Positions 56,298 to 62,700 of a DNA stretch of 64,000 nt are shown here, piece after piece (position 1 is the first letter of the stretch; every line of letters begins with the position of its first letter). A program made the position numbers and the translations under genes. The notes under the pieces were generated by a model, which did not search any database, was not told the origin of the DNA, and saw only the letters and a program-made list of their open reading frames with translations. The DNA comes from Octopus sinensis (lineage: Eukaryota): positions 20,584,001 to 20,648,000 of the forward strand of contig NC_043005.1 in the NCBI RefSeq assembly GCF_006345805.1, given 5' to 3'.

Positions 56298-59200
56298 TTC
56301 TTCCTCTTCCTCCTCCTCCTCATCCTCCTCCTCATCCTCCTCCTCATCCTCCTCATCCTCATCATCAGTGTCATCATTTAATGTTTGTTTTCCATGCTGG
56401 CATGGGTTGAATAGCTTAACAGAAGCTGTCCCATATCTTCCTGAGTCTCTCACTTCCACAATTTTCACCTACTGTAAGTGATCGGTACTTTTTTTATGCA
56501 ATTGTCCTCATCCATAAGCATCAAATGACCAAACCAGTGCAGTCTTTTCTGTTGCATACTGTATCTACTTTCTTTTATGCCTAATTTTTCTCTAATACAC
56601 CAATGCTCAGTCACATATGTACACTGAAATTGGACATCCAACAAAGTATACCAGCTTCATTCTTCTATATCTTCACATATTCTCTGCATTTAGGGCCTAC
56701 ACCTCACAACGATATAGCAATGCAGTTCATATATATGCATCATACAATTTTCCTTTTCCTCAAGGAGAGAGACCTTTGGTTGTCAACAGATGTTAAAATC
56801 TCCTTGAACTTTCACCATCCTATTCTTATTCTAGCAATTACATTTTGGTACATCCTCCTCCACTGCTAATTAAGACACCTCAGTAGCAAAAATCATCTAT
56901 TACTTTCAAGGAGCCTCCAGGACATTTGAAGAATTCAGTTTCCTTTGTATCTGTAGTCTTTGTACCTCCTGTACATCTTCTATATAGGAATACTACTTTT
57001 TCTGTTAATCTTTCTTCTATTCCACTGCATCTCTTGTGTATCCATAGCTTGCACTGGATACACCGAGTAAAATTTCTGCCTACACTCTTCCTACATATTC
57101 AGCAAAGCCATTTACCTGAAGGAGGTAGGTTCCTGTCTGATTTCTTGCTTACTTGGATCCTGGTCTTTGCTAAGTGAACTTTAGGACCCTTTGATTCCAG
57201 GTTTTCTTTCTTAAACAAGAATGTTACTGACAGTAACTTTGATGTTTCAACCAGTTAACTTTTTGTTCAATGATAGATTAACTGGCCAAATTTTGAAGTC
57301 ACAGTCAATAATATTCTTCTTTAAGAATAAAAACTTTGTACTCTACAAAAGTATTTAGTAACCTATCAAATTAATATAAAATTGTTTTTATTATAGCTGA
57401 ACATAAAAACAAACACACACACATACATGATGGCTATCCACTCATGACCAAGGAAGACCATTGCTGACCTTCAGGAACATTGTGTGCTCTAGGAGTAGGA
57501 CTAACTTATATTTTGCATTTGCGGCTCCATTGGTGGCTAATGAGACCTGTTCTTGACAAGCATACATGACTGCAAACATTGCAAACCAAGCTTTCTCCAT
57601 TCACTACACCAGCAGTGTGCTTTCAAGCAGCATGCTTAAATTCTTCATGCAGAATACATGCTCTCTCAAAGATGTAGACCTCTTCCTTAACCTGCTTCCT
57701 TCATCTGTGGCGATGACAGGCATTGTGCCCCCAGTCAGTCTCCTGCATATCACAGGCCTTTAATGAGGACTTGACACAGTGTATACATACGTACATACAT
57801 ACATACATCTATGTATCTATGTTTCTGGCTGGCTGTATATATGTATGTGTGTGTGTATCTATATATATATATATATATCGTCAGTGGATCATATATCTAA
57901 AAAAAAAGCACACTTCTAAAGCATAGAGCAGTAATGTATTTACATGCAGTTAAATATATGCCCAGTCATAGAGTGACCAATGATTTCGCATTCATAAAGT
58001 GCTTAGCTTTATGGACAACCTGTAGAAAACCAATATGGTCAGTTAATTTGTAAACAACGAATAAAATACTGCTTGAGGTTTAGCCAGGATGTGTTATCTG
58101 CCTTAGACCAGTTTAGTTTTCAAATCTTATGGATTTAGTGGGTGAACAGGGAATCCCCACCCTTAAGCTCTTTCCAGTCTGCGAGGACTTTTTCTGGCTC
58201 TAATTGATGAAAGGGGAATTCCATGCTTGCAGCAGGTAGCGTTTGAAATAATTTCCCCTACATTTACTCTGTATATCATAACTGGTATTACTACAAAGTA
58301 TGGTAGTAACCAAACGTCTATATTGGAAGTAGACTAGATGTTGATAATCTATGAGGGGTGGCTGAAAAGTTCATAGTTTGACCAAAATAGTCTCATGGAA
58401 TGTGACCAAACGAGGTTTATTTTTCAACATAGTCTCCCTTGCAGTCCACACACTTCTTCCATCAGTGTTACAGTACTTGAATCCCATTGGTGAAGAAGCT
58501 TTCATCCTGTTAGTCAAAAAAGTCATCAGCTGCAGATATGATGTTATCCCTGTGATACTTGTTCTCAGCCAAGTGTCTTTTCATGTTGGGGAACAGATGA
58601 TTGGGTCAAATTAGGGTAATAGGGAGGGTGATTAACCAATTCAAAGTCACATTCATGCACAACAGCCTTTGAAACCAAGGGTTTGTGTGCTTGAGCATTG
58701 TCCTGCTGAAACAAGATCCCTTTCATGAGTTTTCCTTGCTGTTTGATTTTGATAACCTTTTGTAACTGCCTCAGCAAGTTGGCATGGCACTCTCCATTGA
58801 TAATGTGGCCTTTTTTGAAGATAGTCAAGAAATGCAATGCCTTTTGCATTCCAAAAAAACTGAATCCATCACCTTCTCTGCAGATGAAATGACATTGGCT
58901 TTTTTTGGAGCAGGCAAGGAGGAGTGTTTCTGCTGCATGGATTATCTCTTTGTCACTGGCTCAAAGTGATGAACCCAACACTCATCCTTGATTAGGAAAC
59001 ATTCAAGGAAACCAGCTGAAACTGCCTCACAAAATGTCAGATTTTCCCATGATGAGATCAGCCTGGTGTGCTTTTTTGATCAGGTTCACTGTACAGGATA
59101 TTCTCAGTTCTCTCATGGGACATGTTAATAGCCTTGACTATTTGATTTATAGTCAAATGCCTGTCATCCATCCACATGTAATGATCCTGAGAAATGTTTT

Positions 59201-59683
59201 CCTCAATGGTGGCAGTTGCGGGGGCGTCCAGACCTCTGGTCATCCTCAAGACTTTCTTTTACATTCCTAAATTCAGCTGCTCACTTTGCACTGTTGCTAA
59301 AGCTGGTGCATCATCACTTAATGGAGCAACCATGTTAGTATGAATGTCCTTGAGTGCTAAACCCTTTTATTGCAGGTACTTGATAATAGTATGATACCAA
59401 TTTTTGTCCATTTTCAAGAGAATTCACTACTAGTTACTTTTGAAATCTTTAAACATCCAGATGTCAGTTTACTTATTAATAACTGCATTGTTTCTTTCAA
59501 GGTAGAGTTGAAATTAATGCATGCAAGATTTCGCAGCTTTGGCATCACTCTTTCATAATCAGCCTATGAACATTTCAGCCCACCCTCATATGTGAAACTC
59601 TAAACACAACAGTGGCAGTCATCCATCTAACTGTACTCACAAAATATACTCCATACATGCATGCATACATATATACATACATA

Positions 59684-59741
<58 letters not shown>

Positions 59742-62700
59742 TACATACATACATACATACATGCACACATGTTTATATTTATATTTATATCTGTGTGCAA
59801 ATGTCTTCACTTTGTTTCAGTCAGTATCTTCTATTCTAAATTCATCATTATCCCCTTCGTTTTCATCCTCTTCCTAGTATATATTCACCATTAATATTAA
59901 TTTCTCTGTTCACTTCCAGTATTCGCAATAATTGACTGTGGACCTCCAAAAGATATTATTGGTGCATCAAAAGCTTACAATACCACCACCTATAAATCTG
60001 AAGTTATTTATACTTGCCCAGGAAAACATAAGCTTAAGTCGATATGTAAAGAGAACAATAAATGGACTGCTGTAGTGTCCCATTGTAAAGGTAATGTAAA
60101 TAGGTTCTCTCTTGTTCTGTCCATGTAATTTTATTTCTGTTTTTTTGTTAAGAGTCTTTGTTAGAGAAATAATGGTTGTGTCCTTGATAGTTTCTTTTAT
60201 GTTTCTTACTGGTAGAAGGGAGAGATGAGGCTATCCTTTGTCCATAGACCTCCCAAATTCTTGCAACATTGAACTTCATTAAAGCTATCGAATGGCCAGG
60301 CAATGGTATTAATTCAGGTAATGGATTAAGTCTACCACCCAAGAACTGGAAGTGTGGAAGCTTGTTTTCTCCAGCAGGATTCTACTAAATTTCATCCAGG
60401 AGGCTTAGCTACGAAGTAAACTTTTAGTCATACCATCAAAAGTTCACACAATACTACATTCTTCTTAGGTAAATTTATTACCTCCACATGTATATCTGAG
60501 CTCATCTTGATAATTTTCTTCTCAATTTCTAACTTGATCTTTCTCATGCATACTTTGTGTCATCATCTGAAACTCTGTATACTAAAATGCCCTGAGTCCT
60601 TCTTTACTAAAACTCAACAATCATCGGAAATCTCCAATGCTATAGTAATTTTCCATTCCACCATCAAAAATTATAATAATACAAATTAATATTAATGACT
60701 TCTGAAGGGTTTAGTCAATACATCAACTCTAGTACATGACAGTTATTTTATGCTATTCGCTCTCACAAGAATGAAAGGCAAAGTTGATAATGACTGGATA
60801 ATAAACTGTAAACATGAAGAGCCTGAATATATACCATAAAGCATATCTTCCAGTCCTCTAATTAGTATACATGTATACATCTAAAATAAGGATAGGGACA
60901 AGGATACAATGCTCTTTAATGTAGTGTGATTGCTATAAGAACCATTTGAAAAACTCCACCATGAAAGATCATCCCAAACTCCAAGGGCAGATGTCTTCTT
61001 CAATTATTGTTCTTTGACCTACAAATTTATGTACAGTGGGCCTCATTTGCTCTTGCCATTTTTGCCACTTCCACTTCATTTTCAGTAACATCCTTTCCAT
61101 CTTCACTTTCATTAGAAGTGAGATATTGACCAAAATGTAAAGTCTCCATTGCCAGAACTTTCAACCGCAACCACCTCACAACCTCTTTTACTATAGCTAT
61201 CAGACAGAGAAAAACTACCTTCTTTACTTAAGTTAAAGGAGAATGTGGGACGATCATCATGATGGACTTGACTAATAGCCAGATCTACCTCACACATGCA
61301 ATAGCTGCTGTTTGATATAACCCTTCAAATCAGCAATGCATGGACAATGACTGAGTGCATGTAAAATGATTTTGTTGCACTGTGCACATCTTGGACAGCT
61401 CTGTCTGATGGCTATTCCATGACTGTAGATTTTATCTTGGACCAGTAGACTTTCTTCTAAGAACTCCAGAAAGTTGTCCATAATATTCCCTGATCAAAAG
61501 ATATTTGAAACAAACTTGCCATTTTATACTCATCAATGCCCAGAGCAGCCTTGAGAATGTCAGTGCTCTTTCCCCTCCACTAATATTCTATAAATTGCTA
61601 CAGTGTAACACCTGTCAATTCCATTACCTAGGTCAGGTTTGATCCAATATACTTAGGATTACATTAGATAATTTGGCCTCTCATTTTTAAGATAGTGGAG
61701 TATGATTGTGTCAAATTTTGTTGATATTTCTAACATGGACATCCAATAAAGGGTATTTTCACAATGGCTGGTCTTAGTAAATTTTGAACTTAATAATACA
61801 AGCTAAGAAATTAGTTACAGCTTATCCTCTGATATAATCTGTTACCTAATTCAACACTATCACCATGCCCTTCAGGTGGTCATGGTGTTGATGGTTGACA
61901 ATACTTGTTCCAATTGTATATTTATTACAATAATAAACACTCACATTGACCCACAAATACTCAGGCTTGGCATAGACTACGTCTATCTCCGAAGTGTAGA
62001 AGTGAGAATGGCCTGAAATTTTCATGACATATCTGTTTCTGTTGCGATTAACCTAATAAAAAATGAAGTTACCACCACATTGTAATCAATTCTTTATTCG
62101 TTGTTAAGACACAAGGTCAAGCTCAATTAGAGAAAGCAGTGAGATTGTTTGATATTTATATCTTTCTCAAGAGCATTAAATGTCTATGTAAAGTGAACTG
62201 AATCAAACTGAGTATCAAACCTCAATCGTTGGCTCACACCATTCTGTCAATATTTACACTAAAAGAGGAACTGGGGAAAAATAGTCAGGATCACTTCCTA
62301 CATGGAAAACAAATAACAAAGTAACTACTTATTGAAGATATTATGATTAACTAAAATTTCACCCGTGTTGGATAGTAAAATCATTATGTTATTGACTTGT
62401 TAAAATATGTACAGCAAATGTTTAGATACACACCACAAAGTAGTGTAGCTTAGTGAATGAAATCACGAAAACAGCTATGTTGTCTTATTTCTCAGTCTTT
62501 GGGCACTCATATTTTACCATGTCTTATTGCAAACCACATTCATGAATAAAGCATCCACTATGTAAAGTAAACACCATCAAATTGTATTCATAAATTTAGA
62601 TAACATTGTTTTCACTGTACTGTATTAAAAAATAAAAATTGTTTGTAAGCTTAAAATAGGTTTTTATTAACCATGCATTATTGAAAATGCATTGGTAAAT

